From: the human T2T-CHM13v2.0 reference genome, Homo sapiens | Assembly (NCBI RefSeq): GCF_009914755.1 | Contig: NC_060931.1 | Direction: 5' to 3' (one strand) | DNA length: 64,000 bases | In this document: in pieces, positions 14,880 to 31,859 of the stretch | Position numbering within the stretch: the stretch's first letter is position 1 | How the letters are laid out: every line of letters starts with the position of its first letter | Made by a program: the position numbers and the translations under genes | The notes under the pieces: generated by a model | What the model saw: the letters and a program-made list of their open reading frames with translations, nothing else | Databases searched by the model: none | What the model was told of the DNA's origin: nothing

Positions 14880-17060
14880 GGGTTTTATAAAATTTAGATC
14901 ATACATTATAGACAACTGTATATTCTGGATGTTTTGTCATTAGGAGTGATTTCTTTTTCTCATATATTCTTAGAAAATATATTTTACTAGTTTTATAGTA
15001 ATTGCCATAAAAGAGAAATTTACTAAATCACTGCCCTATTTAGACACTTTTTTTTGCTAAGGTGCTATTAAAAACAATTATTTCCCCTTTTTAGTCACAT
15101 GAATGTTATTCCCACTGTGTGTGTTATTGAATGACTAGACTACTGATTCATATTGATAAATTGCTGTCTAGAAATTTATTCCAATTTTCTACCCATCTTG
15201 TATATGCATAAAAGTATTATTTTAATATATATTCATGAGAGACATAGATTTTGCTTTCATTTCTACATTTTGCTGGCTTTTTAGTAAAAAAAAAGTTTTC
15301 TTTTATTGTATTTATGTATATTCCTCCTACTTTTTCCACTAATCTGTCACATTGCATTCATCAAATACTAAAGACTTCTTTGTAATAAGGTCTAATTCTG
15401 TGTTTTCTATTGTCTCATTGATCTATATAGACCATAATTGTCTATATTATGGATCCTCTATTTTTAGATTATTTTTCATTTAAATAGTGATAATTGTAGT
15501 TGAAGTTTCTTGAGCTCTTAGTATATGTTAGTAATTCGGCTAAGCATACAAATCTAACGTTACTAGTTACATACATTAGAGTGACTTTTTTCCTCAAGGG
15601 ATTAAACTTTCATTATTATCTAATGACCTACTCTTGGTAGTATTGTCTTATAAGTTAAATTTTGTATACTAGTGACATAGTTAAACAAGTTTGTTTTCAT
15701 GGTAAATATTAGCCCAATTTATCTTTTTTATATTTTTACTTACAATAAATCCTTGCTATTTTGTTTTAAGTTTAGGCCTTGAAATCAACATATTGCTAGA
15801 TTTTTTAAAACATCCAATCTAACAGTCTCTATCTTTGACTGAAAAGTTCAGTCAATTTTTGAGTATTATTATTATAATTCATATTTTTAGGATTTTTATA
15901 TTATGCTAGTGAACTCAGGGTGTCCTTCTTCTTGCTTTTTAAAAAAATTCTTCATTTTTAAAATTTATCTTATATTTTTTCTATTCTTATTATTTACTCA
16001 CTAAGAATACAGGCATTATTTTTAATAATATTAACTTTGCTATTTTCTTTATTGTAAATATAAATAAGCAATATGCAATATCTTAACTCTTCCTCAAAGC
16101 CCAAATTAACCCCACAAAGCAGCATAATTTGTTATGTATTTGTATTAAAATGCTCATTTGCCCTTTTGTGTCCATATTCATTTTCTCACATTTTAGATGG
16201 TTCTTGGATCATTTTTCCACTTCTGAAGTACACGAATGAGTAAAAGTTCCATTAATTTATATCTCCTTGTGTAAGTTGTTTAATTTTATGTACCTATTAA
16301 TGTCTTTACAATCTTGGACATAGAGTAGATCCCAATTTTCAGTCAACAATTATTTTCTATTAAATCCTTACAGATATTATGCCATAATCTTCTGGCTTCT
16401 ATTATCTGTAAGAATCCTGCTATCATTCTATTTATTCCTTTATGGGTGGTTAGCTTGTTCTTAAGATTTTTTTTTTTCTGGTTGCTATATTGGTTTATTA
16501 TACCTCTAGGGATTTCTAAACATTTTATTTACATTGCTTGGGATATATCACGCTTCCTCATCTGTGGATCCATCCTTTTCACCAGCTAAGAAAACTAGCA
16601 GCCATTATCTCTTTACATATGTTCTTTCAGTAATCTATTTTCTCCTTCCAGGACTGATCAGATATATGCCAAATATTTCATGCAAACCTGTTCATCTCTT
16701 AATTTCTCTTTTGCAGATTCAAACTCGTGTTTCTTTCCTTGTGGAATGTTCAGATAAAACTCTCTGTTCACTAATTTTCTACTCAGCTGTGTCTAACTCA
16801 CTGTCACTTCCACTGCTTCTTTTACAACAATTTTATTATTTTTTCTAGCTTTTAGTTTTTGTCAATTTTCCCTATTTATACCTTACAGCCCCTTCTTTTT
16901 ACATTTCAATGACTATATCCTCATTTACTTATACTTTTTGTACATAGCTAGTATGTATTCTGTCTCTAACAATTCTAGTATTTGTAGCAATGCAATCTTT
17001 GGATATCTAAATCTCAGTTGTTTTGTTTTGTTTTGTTTTGCTATTCTCACTCATAGTTTA
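14880..17060 (-). mobile_element. Ancient L1M/L1ME fragments
   Basis: T-rich antisense L1-like sequence, e.g. atattgctagattttttaaaacatccaatctaacagtctctatctttgac. Boundaries approximate. Confidence 0.5.
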
Positions 17061-17067
17061 GCTTTTA

Positions 17068-17960
17068 CTGTGATAATGCATTGTAACAAATATCCCCAAA
17101 TTTAAGTGGCTTTAAAGCAACAACTATTTCTTACCATTTGACCCAGAAATCCCATTACTGGGCATATACCCAAAGGATTATAAATCATGCTCCTACAAAG
17201 ACACATGGACACGTACGTTTATTGCGGCACTATTCACAATAGCAAAGACTTGGAACCAACCCAAACGTCCATCAATAATAGACTAGATAAAGAAAATGTG
17301 GCACATATACACCATAGAATACTATGCAACCATAAAAAAGGATGAGTTCAAGTCCTTTGCAGGGACATGGATGAAACTGGAAACCATCAGTCTCAGCAAA
17401 CTAAACAAGAACAGAAAACCAAACACCACATGTTCTCACTCATAAGTGGGAGCTGAAAAATGAGAATGCATGGACATAGAGAGGGGAACATCACACACCA
17501 GGGCCTGTTGGGGGTTGGGGGGCTAGGGGAGGGATAGCATTAGGAGAAATACCTAATGTAGGTGATGGATTGATGGGTGCAGCAAACCACCATGGCACGT
17601 GTATACCTATGTATCAAAACTGCACATTCTGCACATGTACTCCAGAACTTAAAGCATAATAATAAAAAAAAAGCAACAACCATTTCTGTCATTTTTGGAG
17701 GCCTTATCTGTGTAGTTGTGTGCTGAGGCTTTGCTTTAGTATGTTAGCTCTCAGCCTTCTCCAAATATCATCTTATTATGGAAATCTAAAATGTGATTCT
17801 TTGGAGTGTGGCCTCCTTGTGATGAAAGGAGAGAATTTAAAGAAGCTTGCAATGTCTTTCGCTTGTCTTTGCTTGGAAATCTGTCAGTTCGTATACATTC
17901 ATTTGGCCAGTGCAAGTCATATGGCTAAGCTCAACATCATGGAGCAGGAAACTGTACCGA
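17068..17960 (-). mobile_element. MLT1 LTR remnant split by an L1PA insertion
   Basis: tgtaacaaatatccccaaatttaagtggcttta lies upstream of the L1, and catttggccagtgcaagtcatatggctaagctcaacatca lies downstream. Confidence 0.55.
17132..17669 (+). mobile_element. 5'-truncated L1PA (PA7/PA8-like) 3' end, about 540 bp
   Basis: ORF2 end plus 3'UTR with G-rich tract and poly(A). TSD aaagcaacaactatttct (17114-17131) / aaagcaacaaccatttct (17670-17687). Confidence 0.95.
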
Positions 17961-18423
17961 GGATGTGAACATCTGTAGACAATTTTCATATGTATGTTTT
18001 CACTCAGAAAACAGGTATACACAAGTATGTTTTGATTTAGCCAGCTATATTCCTTCTTTTCTCTTATGAAAACAGGCTATCTGTTCATTTTAGCAATCGA
18101 AATTTATTACTACATATGAATCACAATCTATTATGAAGATTACTGTCAAATATGCAAGGTCAGTTAGTCATAGTAAAAAGAAATTTACAAGTTATCAATA
18201 TTTATAAAGAAGACTAAATTGTATAGTCGATGATGGCAGTGTGTCTTGTTGCAGAGAGTCTAAAAACTCAAATGCCTTCCACCTTTGTCATGTATCAACT
18301 ATGTAGTGAATTGGGTCAAATATCCTCACTTAAATAATAAAATTCAACAAAGCTATCAAGTAATGTATTCCTTTGATGTTTGAAAACATACAAGCTTATG
18401 TCTCTGTAGAAATATCAGGGTAG

Positions 18424-18720
<297 letters not shown>

Positions 18721-19321
18721 AAAGAAAGAAATACCAGGCCAGATCCCGACGCCCACTAGCTCTCCAGATACCAGATACCAGAGGAGGAGCAAATGTGGGT
18801 TAGTAAACTTCCTCTGTTTTCATAAAACAAAAATACTTTAAATAATTTAAAAAATATTGAAAGCATGTGTTTAAGACATCAAAATATGAATTTCAAGGTA
18901 TAATAGAATAAGTAATATTAATAAATTTCTGTTTATAATTTTTAATAACCTCAACCCATCATCATCATTTTTTTTAAAGAGACGGTAATAATAATAATAC
19001 TAATGAGTACAATGACTGAGCCTCAAAGTGCCTAGTGGATAAAAAGTCCTCTTTATCCACTTTATCCAGATGAAACTTACGTTAGGTCTTAAGGAAAAGT
19101 CATTGTTCACCAAATGCAGAAATTGAAGACATTTCAATCAAAGGGAAAATATGTAACATAAAAACTAAACAAGGTCTTGAAATTAACTGATGTGCACCAG
19201 CAATATTGTAAAGTTTAGTGTCACTGGAAGAACTGAGGGAAAACATTTAAACATATTCAGATGATTTCTAGCTTCTAGTTACTTGGCAATTTCAACCTAC
19301 TCTTATAAAAGAAGTGTCATA

Positions 19322-22494
<3,173 letters not shown>

Positions 22495-22506
22495 TCTTCA
22501 AAATCA

Positions 22507-22632
22507 GGCCAGACATGGAAGCTCTCACTTGTAATCCCAATACTGGGAGGCCAAGCTGGGAGGATCTCTTGAGGCTGAGAGTTTAAGACCAGCCTGAGCA
22601 ATATAGCAAGACCCCCTCTCCAAAAAATAAAA
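22507..22632 (+). mobile_element. FLAM-type Alu monomer
   Basis: Single left monomer, ggaggatctcttgaggctgagagtttaagaccagcctgagcaatatagcaagaccccctctc plus A-tail, with its own TSD aaaatcttcaaaatca / aaaatatccaaaatca. Confidence 0.85.
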
Positions 22633-24250
22633 TATCCAAAATCAATAATTGAAAAAAAAGGAGTGTCATAAAGTTGATTAAATAGAAACAATTTGGTTAA
22701 TATCTTTCATATAAATGTACATCCTGTCATACTCTGCAAGAATGAAATTTTATTTATAAAAGAATATAATGGAATTTTGTTTTCAGTCACTGAAATTATC
22801 TAGATGTCTACTTTCTAAACTCTTTTCTTTCTCAGATTTTTGGAATTCCATGGAAATACCTTAGGCAAGGGTAAATAAGGGAAGGTGAACAGGTTGGTCC
22901 CAATGTCCAAGCCTTCTTTCAATCAGGACTTTTCTGCTTATAATCAGGTTTATAATCCACTAATGACTTTATTTGAGAAAAATAATGTATCTATCTAAAA
23001 CATAGGTCAACTGAATATTACTGTGCTAGATACTCTTTGATGCACAAGAGAAAAATAAAAGTAAAATTGTTGTCTGCTTCTACCCTCCATTAACTGATGC
23101 CAAAAGCCAAGATAAAGCAGCTTCCTCTGAATACTAAAATACATGCAGTGCTTACAGGGTATCACCATGAATGAGTAAGGAAGAGGCAGTGCTGCCTCAG
23201 TACACACCCTAGCCTTCTGAGCAGCTTTCACATTCTCCACCAAGACAGATTTTTAATGACTTTGTGAGTCTCCAGAATCTGCATTAGGCTTAGGCATTAG
23301 GCAGCAGCTGCTGGCTACTGCTGAATGATTATCCATTCAAATGGAACAGATTGTAGGGAGGTGTGAAGGGAGGCTTTTTCCCCACAGTCTGCAAGCCAGG
23401 AGAGAAATAGGCAACAAGGTTTTATGATACTGCTTGGCTTTCCTCAAATCCTTCTGAGTATAGATAGATGTAAAAAGTGTAACAGTAAAAATATGCTGGG
23501 GGAAAAATAACCAACATCCAACTTCTAGAAATAATGTAAAGATGATAAAAGTTTCATTTTTTCAGCCCAGTTTGCTCTCCTACATAATTTTTGTGCTGAT
23601 GGTTGAATTTTGTTATCCTGTTCAACTAGATAAGGGGCAAGTGAATATATGAGCACACCTTTCTTCACAATGGATTTGAGCTATAGAAAATATTGAAGTG
23701 GGCGTTATATGATTTTTCTAAGGACCCTTTTTAGGAGTGATTTAATTATGATGAAAAATTGCACAGCTGTTGCATAGAGCAGAATTTTGAAAAGTGACCA
23801 CTACTGCCTGATCAGCAATTAAATATAAGTAAAAGAAAATGCCACCTTCTTCCTACTGATTGTATATTCACAGATATCTTTCAAATTCCATGACTGTAGA
23901 GATCTATGTTCCTGTTTCTTGGTTCAGATTTTGCCACCATGACAAAAATAAAGCGAACAATATTTGAAATATGCTAATAATTTTAAAATAAAATATATAT
24001 GGCAAAAATATATATGTCACATCTTCATGTAATTCTTCCTGAAAAGAGAATTTTTCAAATTATTTTTTAAAAAGTACTCTATAGATTAAATACTTTGGGG
24101 GAATGCTAAATTAAATAGTTAAATTCCTTTCTACTGCAAAAAGTTTTTCAGAGCTTTAGTTGTGGATCTGTGAAGAGATAATATAGTAGGCAATTGCCCC
24201 TCTGTTGATTTTATTACAGAACTATATGTCTGTGTGCGTTTGTGTCTGTC

Positions 24251-24275
24251 TGTGTGTGTGTGTGTGTGTGTGTGT

Positions 24276-24307
<32 letters not shown>
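24251..24307. repeat. Compound microsatellite (TG)n(AG)n
   Basis: Read directly. Confidence 0.95.
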
Positions 24308-24310
<3 letters not shown>

Positions 24311-25532
24311 TAGAATATGTAAAATATCTTAAGGAATACAAGTTTTCCATAGAACATAATTTGGGAAAATAGTCTAGAGTGTTTGTGGATACCTGCTGCT
24401 TACTGACAATACTATTTGTATAGACACACCGTTAAATGGAATTACTTACAAATACTCTACTTGCCTCCTTATCTTCAGTTATGGTGACTACAAACGTTAT
24501 TCATCATTTATCAAAACATATTGGTCATGAAATCTTGAGATGATAAGGTCTTGAAACCACCCTGGTTTTTAAAAATGGTCACTTTAAAGCTAGTGATCAT
24601 TTTCTTAGGAACATGTATGTGCCGTCAGAGGTTTTCAGATCTCTTGAAACTTCTCAGTGTACAAATAGAAAAAGGGGATATTTACAGAAATTCTGAGAAA
24701 AAAATGTAGGTTATAAAATGAAAATCTGGGTGATCCTGAGAACCATTCAAATCTAAAAGTGTCAGATCTATGGACTCCTTTTCTGTAGCTAGAGGAAATT
24801 TGAATGCTTAACTTTGAGAGTACTTCTGACATCACCAATGAAGGAAGATATGTCTTCTGCATGCAAAAAAAATGCATTTTCCATGGGATACTCCAAAAGT
24901 CAATTTTGTGAATAGAGTGTGCTATTAGTAAGAAACCTCAGAAGATATTAGAGGTTAAGGAGTCTTGTATGGCCTAGTTCAAGAACATTACTCTCATTTA
25001 TGAAATTATTTCCATGAGGAAAGGTAGTCCTATTATAAACTTTATAACAACTTTTGCACCGGAACCTATGTACAAAATAAGGACACCATGCAAAATTTAT
25101 TCTCTAAGATTCACATTAAAATAGAAAATCTTTTGGGTATATGAGTTTGCATGTGTTCTAACAAAAATGACAGAGAAGGGAAAATTAAAGATGCATAGGA
25201 AAGGGCTTTGATTATTTTACTACTGTCTTTGCAGAGGACCCGTGACATGAAATCTCCCAAAAGCTGAAAAATTTCTGGTTTAAGAATATTTTAAAACATT
25301 GTATAGTATTTTGTAGATTGATTTTCAAATAATTAATCTGTGAACTTGTAGATTCAGTGCAAGTTAGGTAGGGCATAAAAACTGCATGATGGTCCAGGTC
25401 ATGTGAAACTGGATATGACTGTAAAAGATATGTCAAAAAATAAAGGCTTTTACCTGGGTTTCATAGTTTCAGCATTTTTCCGAAAGAATTTCATTAGATG
25501 TAAAGAAACAGATCATAGAATACATAAAATAA

Positions 25533-25912
<380 letters not shown>

Positions 25913-25949
25913 ACAGATATTACTTTTTAATGACAAGTAATAGAAACCA

Positions 25950-26170
25950 CATTGAGGCTGCTGGCTTTCAACCCAGATTGTCTGGGTTCTTATCCTTTTG
26001 CTATCGTTTACTATCTGTGTGACCTTGGTCAAATTCCCTGTCCATTCAGAAGTGCTTCATATTCAATAGGAGTAACAGCAGTTTCTTACTTAATATAGTT
26101 GTTGTGAATTGTCAATGAAAACACATTTTAAGCACATAGAACATAGCCTGGAATACAGTAAAAAGTGATG
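25950..26170 (+). mobile_element. MIR SINE
   Basis: ctgggttc...tactatctgtgtgaccttggtcaaatt...taagcacatagaacatagcctggaatacagtaa. Confidence 0.7.
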
Positions 26171-26627
26171 TGAATTTTGACTAATATAATGGTACATTAC
26201 CAGATTGAAGATCAGCTGACTCCAAAGTGTTTGTTATTCTGTTTTTGTAGGGTTCTTTCCCTGACTTCCTGAAGAGTTTAGCTTTATTTCCAGTGATAAA
26301 ATATTCCTCATAACAGCATGAAGACATTTAATAGATGTGGCTCCCATTAAATGATCAGTGAACTGTTAACACAGCATTTTTGGATTCTGTTAGTATTACT
26401 TTTATATACCAAAATAGTTGCTCCCCAGATTGCAATAATTGTGTGGCTTCATGTAGAAAAATAGTTTAGCTGCAGTAAAACACAAATATCACTTACACAT
26501 AAAATTAAGCTACCAATTACATCCCTAAGCAATCCTGTTAGTGATCTGATACACTAGGCTCACAGATCACTTACATAGTCTATATTTGAAAAGGGATCTA
26601 TGGAGAGTCTTCACTGGCATCTGATAG

Positions 26628-27090
26628 ATAGCAACGACATAGAATCAGTCTAGGTGCCCATCAACAGTGGATTAGATAAAGAAAAACGTGGTACATATAC
26701 ACCATGGAATACTATGCAAACATGAAAACAAAATGAAATCATATTCTTTGCAGCAACGTGGATGCAGCCAGAGGCCATTATCCTAAGTGAATTAATACGG
26801 GAACAGAAAACAAACCAAATACCTCATGTCCTCCCTTATAAGTGGAAGCTAAACATTGAGTACATATAGATGTGAAGACAGGAACAATAGACACTAAGGA
26901 CTACCAGAGGGAAGATGGAGGGAGTGGGTCATGGGCTGCAAAACTACCTTTTGGATACTATGCTCACTACCTGGGACATGGGATCACCCATGCCCCAAAC
27001 CTCAGCATCATGCAATACACCCATCTAGCAAACCTGAAGATGTTCACACTGAATCTAAAATTAAAGTTGAAATGATTTTTTAGAAAAAAA
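26628..27090 (+). mobile_element. L1PA15/16-like 3' end
   Basis: ctaggtgcccatcaacagtggat, tactatgctcactacctggg, ccaaacctcagcatcatgcaatacaccca, aatctaaaattaaagttgaa. Confidence 0.88.
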
Positions 27091-27719
27091 GCCTGATATG
27101 ATCTATTTTAGGGAACTCTGAAATCTGTAATTTGACCAGAGTGCCATCAGATGCACTTTGTTCTGTTATCAAACAATTCAACACATATGTACAATTCAAT
27201 TCAATGTATTAGGAAGCAGAGGAGAGCAGTACCTGCCTTTAGAGGGCCTCCTTTAACAAGAGTCAGGCCAGAGATTGAGACAGTAACTTACATAAACAGA
27301 ACCAGTTCTAGTAAAAGATGCACCAAGAAGAGCCCTCCTGACTGTATCACACTCCAGCAATTGCCAAAAGAACATCAGAGCATCAGAAATGTCTTAGTTG
27401 CCATTGACATCCCTGAGAGTGTTTCATTTGAAAACCTACTTCATATACAGTTAGGAAACTAAGCAGCAGCAGCAGACATCCTTAACCACTTCTGGCTCAG
27501 GTGCCATGGGAATCCTGCCTCATTAGGAAGATCAGTTAATTAATCTGTGTCAGTGGGATACCTATAACATGCCCGATGCCAAGGACAGCTTAGTATTGCT
27601 CTATTGACTAAGAATTACCAGGCTTAAACCAACAAGGAACTCATCATCTTTGGGACATCAGTTAGGAATGACAGTAATCCATCCCTCTGCAATTCTATGT
27701 CAGAAAGATAAGAATCTTC

Positions 27720-27920
27720 AAATACAGATTTAGAATTGTAGAGCAAATGGAGTTTAAATGGAAAGGAGCTAACATTACTTCAATGCTCTTATATTATGAT
27801 GAAGGAAACTGAAATCCAGAAAGCTGATTACCTAAAACAAACAAACAAACAAACAGAACAAAACAATCCTTTAATGAAATAGACTGGACTAGATTCCAGG
27901 TATTCTGGTTCTCAGGCCAA
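27720..27920 (-). mobile_element. MIR/MIR3 fragment
   Basis: gatgaaggaaactgaaatccaga...ggactagattccaggtattctggttctcaggcc. Confidence 0.5.
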
Positions 27921-28559
27921 AGATAGAAACTTCATTGTTTCCTTGATTCTTGCATCTCTTAATTTCCTCATTTATTTCTCTCTTTCTTAATATATAATTC
28001 AAAGAAGCTGAATTTGGCAAGCCTCAGCATCTATAAGAAATTGCACATCAGACATTTTTGTTTCTACTATTCATCCTGGAAACCAGCATTTGTGACCATT
28101 ATTGTTGTTACCATTAGACGTTCAGCAGGGCAAAAGAAATTTTCCTGGGCTAACCAGATAAAAAACAATAACCTGAGCAGAGTGTATATTGCCCAGAATG
28201 GTACACAGTTAACTTTTAATAATTACCTTCTTCTCTCTGCCCTTTCCTTGCATTGCTGCAAATGACTCTGATTTCTCCTTTACCTGAAAGTTTTCACCTA
28301 GAAACCACCCATGTATTTAAAGTTACTTATCATCATTCAGGGAAAAGATCTAAAGAGATGCTGAAGGCTTGTCTATTTTCCCTCTAAAATATGCTTTCTA
28401 ATCTCTTCTAAAGTATTGCCTGACAGGGCCATTGGGGGCTGATTCCTAACTTTTAGCCACAGTCTCTAAGAATTAAAATATATCCTAGTTAGATACACAT
28501 TTTAATTCATCGAATTTTACTTTGCCATACTCTCTTCATAATTTTTGAAGTAAAACACT

Positions 28560-29990
28560 ACAAAGAGATTGTACATCTTTAAATGTCTTCCATCAGCCCC
28601 ATTCTTCTCCCTCTACATGCAGAGGAAATCTAACTGGGGTATTTCATGTTTTTTTAACAAGTGTTTATGTTATTACTTTATCTGTACATATTCTTAAATT
28701 ATGTATTATTATTTGCATGTTTAAACTTTGAAACATTCTATCATTTTGTATTGGATATTCTTCTATATTTGTTAAATATTATGTTTAGCAATTTACCAGT
28801 GCTGACAGATGAAACTTTAGTTCACTGGCTGCTAAATATTATTTTACTATATGAACATATCACAATTTATCTTTTCTTCTGTCCATTGATGTTTTAGGTT
28901 GCTTATAATTTACTCCTATTAAAGATAATACTTAGTAAAGATTTTTCTTCATTTTATATCATGTATTTAAATGAGAGTTCCTCAAAGGTTCACATTCAGA
29001 AATGAAACTTCTCATGCGGTAACTGCTTAATTTCTTCTTCGACGTTACCATATCCCGCCAGACTGTTCTTCAAATCGTTGTGACAACTCAAACAACTGCC
29101 AACATGTCATGAGAACTTTTTTTGCCAGACCGTCTGAGCAACAATTGTTATTGTCAACTTTTTAATTTTCACCAATCTGATGGGTATAAAATAATGCCTT
29201 ATTGTTTGCATCGGCATTTTATGAATAGCTATTAAAATGAACATCTGTTCAAATGTTTATTAGCCTTTTGGGTGTTCATGTCTGTGAAATACTTGTTAAT
29301 TTCCTTTATTTTTTCTATTGAAATTTTTGCCTTTTTTTTATTCCTTTAGAGTAGTTCTTTATATATTTTGGATACCTACTCTGTGTTTGTTACGAGTGTG
29401 GCAAATCTCTGCTCCGAGGCCATGGTTTACATTTATGTTTTGTTCATGATGTGTATTGATGTCCTGTGTACTTTTTGTTTGTTTATTTGCTTGGCTTTAT
29501 GTATATCAAAATGGATCAATATTTTCCTTCCTTGGTTTGTAGTTATTTTGTATTATGTAATAAATTCTTCTCTCACCCATTGTGTAGAAATTATCCTGGG
29601 TTTTTTTGTGCATGCTTTTCCTTTAAAATGTTTCACTTATATTTCCATTTTATCTAGTGGGATTAACACATACAGTACAATTTTTAATAGGCTCTCAAGG
29701 GGATAGCTACACAGTTCAGCATTATGAGGTAATGTTTTGCTATATTCTTTTTATGTAACTTATTGACTTGGATACTTAACGATTTTCAAATTGTTTTTCT
29801 TTTGTAATATAAATATTAAAGGCTATATTTTTCCTTATCAATAACACTTTTCTTACATTTCAAGTTTCATTATTATTCAGTACTAAAGTATTTGTAATCA
29901 CTATGATGTGTTCTGAATTTTTTAAACTATTACTTAAAATACTGAAAAAAAAATTGTGTTTCCAAATAGATGGAGGGTATTTTTTATAAC
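28560..29990 (-). mobile_element. Ancient L1ME fragments
   Basis: ttttaattttcaccaatctgatgggtataaaataatg, ttcaaatgtttattagcc and ttctttatatattttggatac are antisense L1 3' ORF2 motifs. Confidence 0.65.
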
Positions 29991-31859
29991 TTTGGGTAAG
30001 GGTGACAAAAAGTTACACTTAAGAATGCATAAACAAGGGGCATGAAGTACATAAAGATAGGATGTTCAAATGTGTACAGCTTATGCCACACGTTCCACAC
30101 TCCGCCATCTCCCTGTGACAGTGGACACGTTTTTCTTCATGCCACTTTTAATGAGCTTGCCTCCCTTTAAGAATCCCAGACTCATGCCTCTATTTCAACT
30201 CTCCACTACTCAAATCCCCAAACTCTTAATTCCCGTCTGTATAAACCTCATATGAAAGGCTTAAGCGTCTTTCAAATATAACCCATATCCATCTAACTCC
30301 ATCCAATGCAGCCACATGGTAAGCCCAGGAACACATCTCTCTGTTCCTCCATTTTTGTTTTTGTTGTTCTCTCTTCATCACTATCTCCTTGAGATACACC
30401 TTATGGCTTCAGCTGTCCATTAGAAACAGATTATTGTATGTTGATTTTTATTTTTGTCTGTATGCTGTGATAAAGTTTCAAGTTTTCCTACTATCACTAT
30501 GTTGCTTTGATCAAATATCTGCTGTTCTATTTTTATTCTTATTTGCCTTTCTATTAATTAAAAATCTTTCCAGCATTGGCACCCATATCTGTCATAGCTC
30601 ATAGTACTTTCTTTTCTAACTCTAGCTATGTTCAGTAAGCCATCACTCAATTCAGACCTTAGCTACTCTTTGGCTATAATACTTCCCTTTACCTCAGTTT
30701 GTGTGTTACCTCCCTATACCTCACTTTCTACCCCAATCTCTTCTTTTTGTCTGGTAGAACCCTGGTAGAAAGGTGATTTAATACTTCTTTTTTTCTTCCC
30801 TGCTTTACTCATCTCCCTAGCACCCAGCCTTTCTGGTTACATGGAGAATTCTATCAATCCTGTCACTAGCTAGCAGGGATGGCAACTGAGTTTTATCCTG
30901 GAAGTCAATTCTGATCTGAAGGTGCTGGCTGCCAGCCATGTACTTGGAAGAATTCTGCTTTTAAATTGCTGCTTTTGAACTGAGAAGGGGAAGGGGTTTG
31001 TGACTGATAGCAAAGGAATAGCATGCCAGGTGTTTTTAAATCACTGCACAGTAACACATTATAGTTTACAATTACTCAAGACATACATAAAAATCCATCA
31101 AAATCACTCTGATTTGGTAAGGAGAGAATGCTTTCATCAACATATTGTATTGCCTGCTTCCCAGGTGCCTTTTTTATTTTACTTTCCATTTCCGGGTTAT
31201 AATTACCAGGTTAGGAAGAGCATGGACTTTGGATTTAGGTATACACTGACTACCATCCTAGTTCTACCAATCACTAACATGTGACTTGGAATTCTTAAAT
31301 ATCTTCTGTCACACATATTATTCAGTCCTTTTATTGACTATTATAAGTTGCACTAGTTTTGTCAATATCCACTATCACAATTATTTACAAATAGCTTGTG
31401 AGCACGTTATTATCATTCTTGCTATCAGATGATAAAAATAAGTCTCCCACAATCATATCCTCCTCATCCTACCCAACTATACACTATAATAATTTGTAAC
31501 TACTTAATTGAGTAACCATTATAGAACTTATAGTTACTTGACAGTAGGGGATATTATCCTCTCATAGGAAGTCACTTTTTAAAAATCATATTATTTCCTG
31601 AACTTCAGTAATACAATATATCACACTAATTTAGAATGAATATATATATATATATATATATATCTCCACACACACACATTAATAATATCATTGGTCTATC
31701 ATAAAATGGCTTCTCTCTGGGATGTTTTCAATGGCTTGCTAGTGTATTTCCTATTCATTAAGATAATTAATAATAATATAATTTCTTGAATGGAGAATGT
31801 GGAACAGTTTTACTTTTTCTACAACATGGTAATAAACTATATCAAAAAAAGAATCAGTA

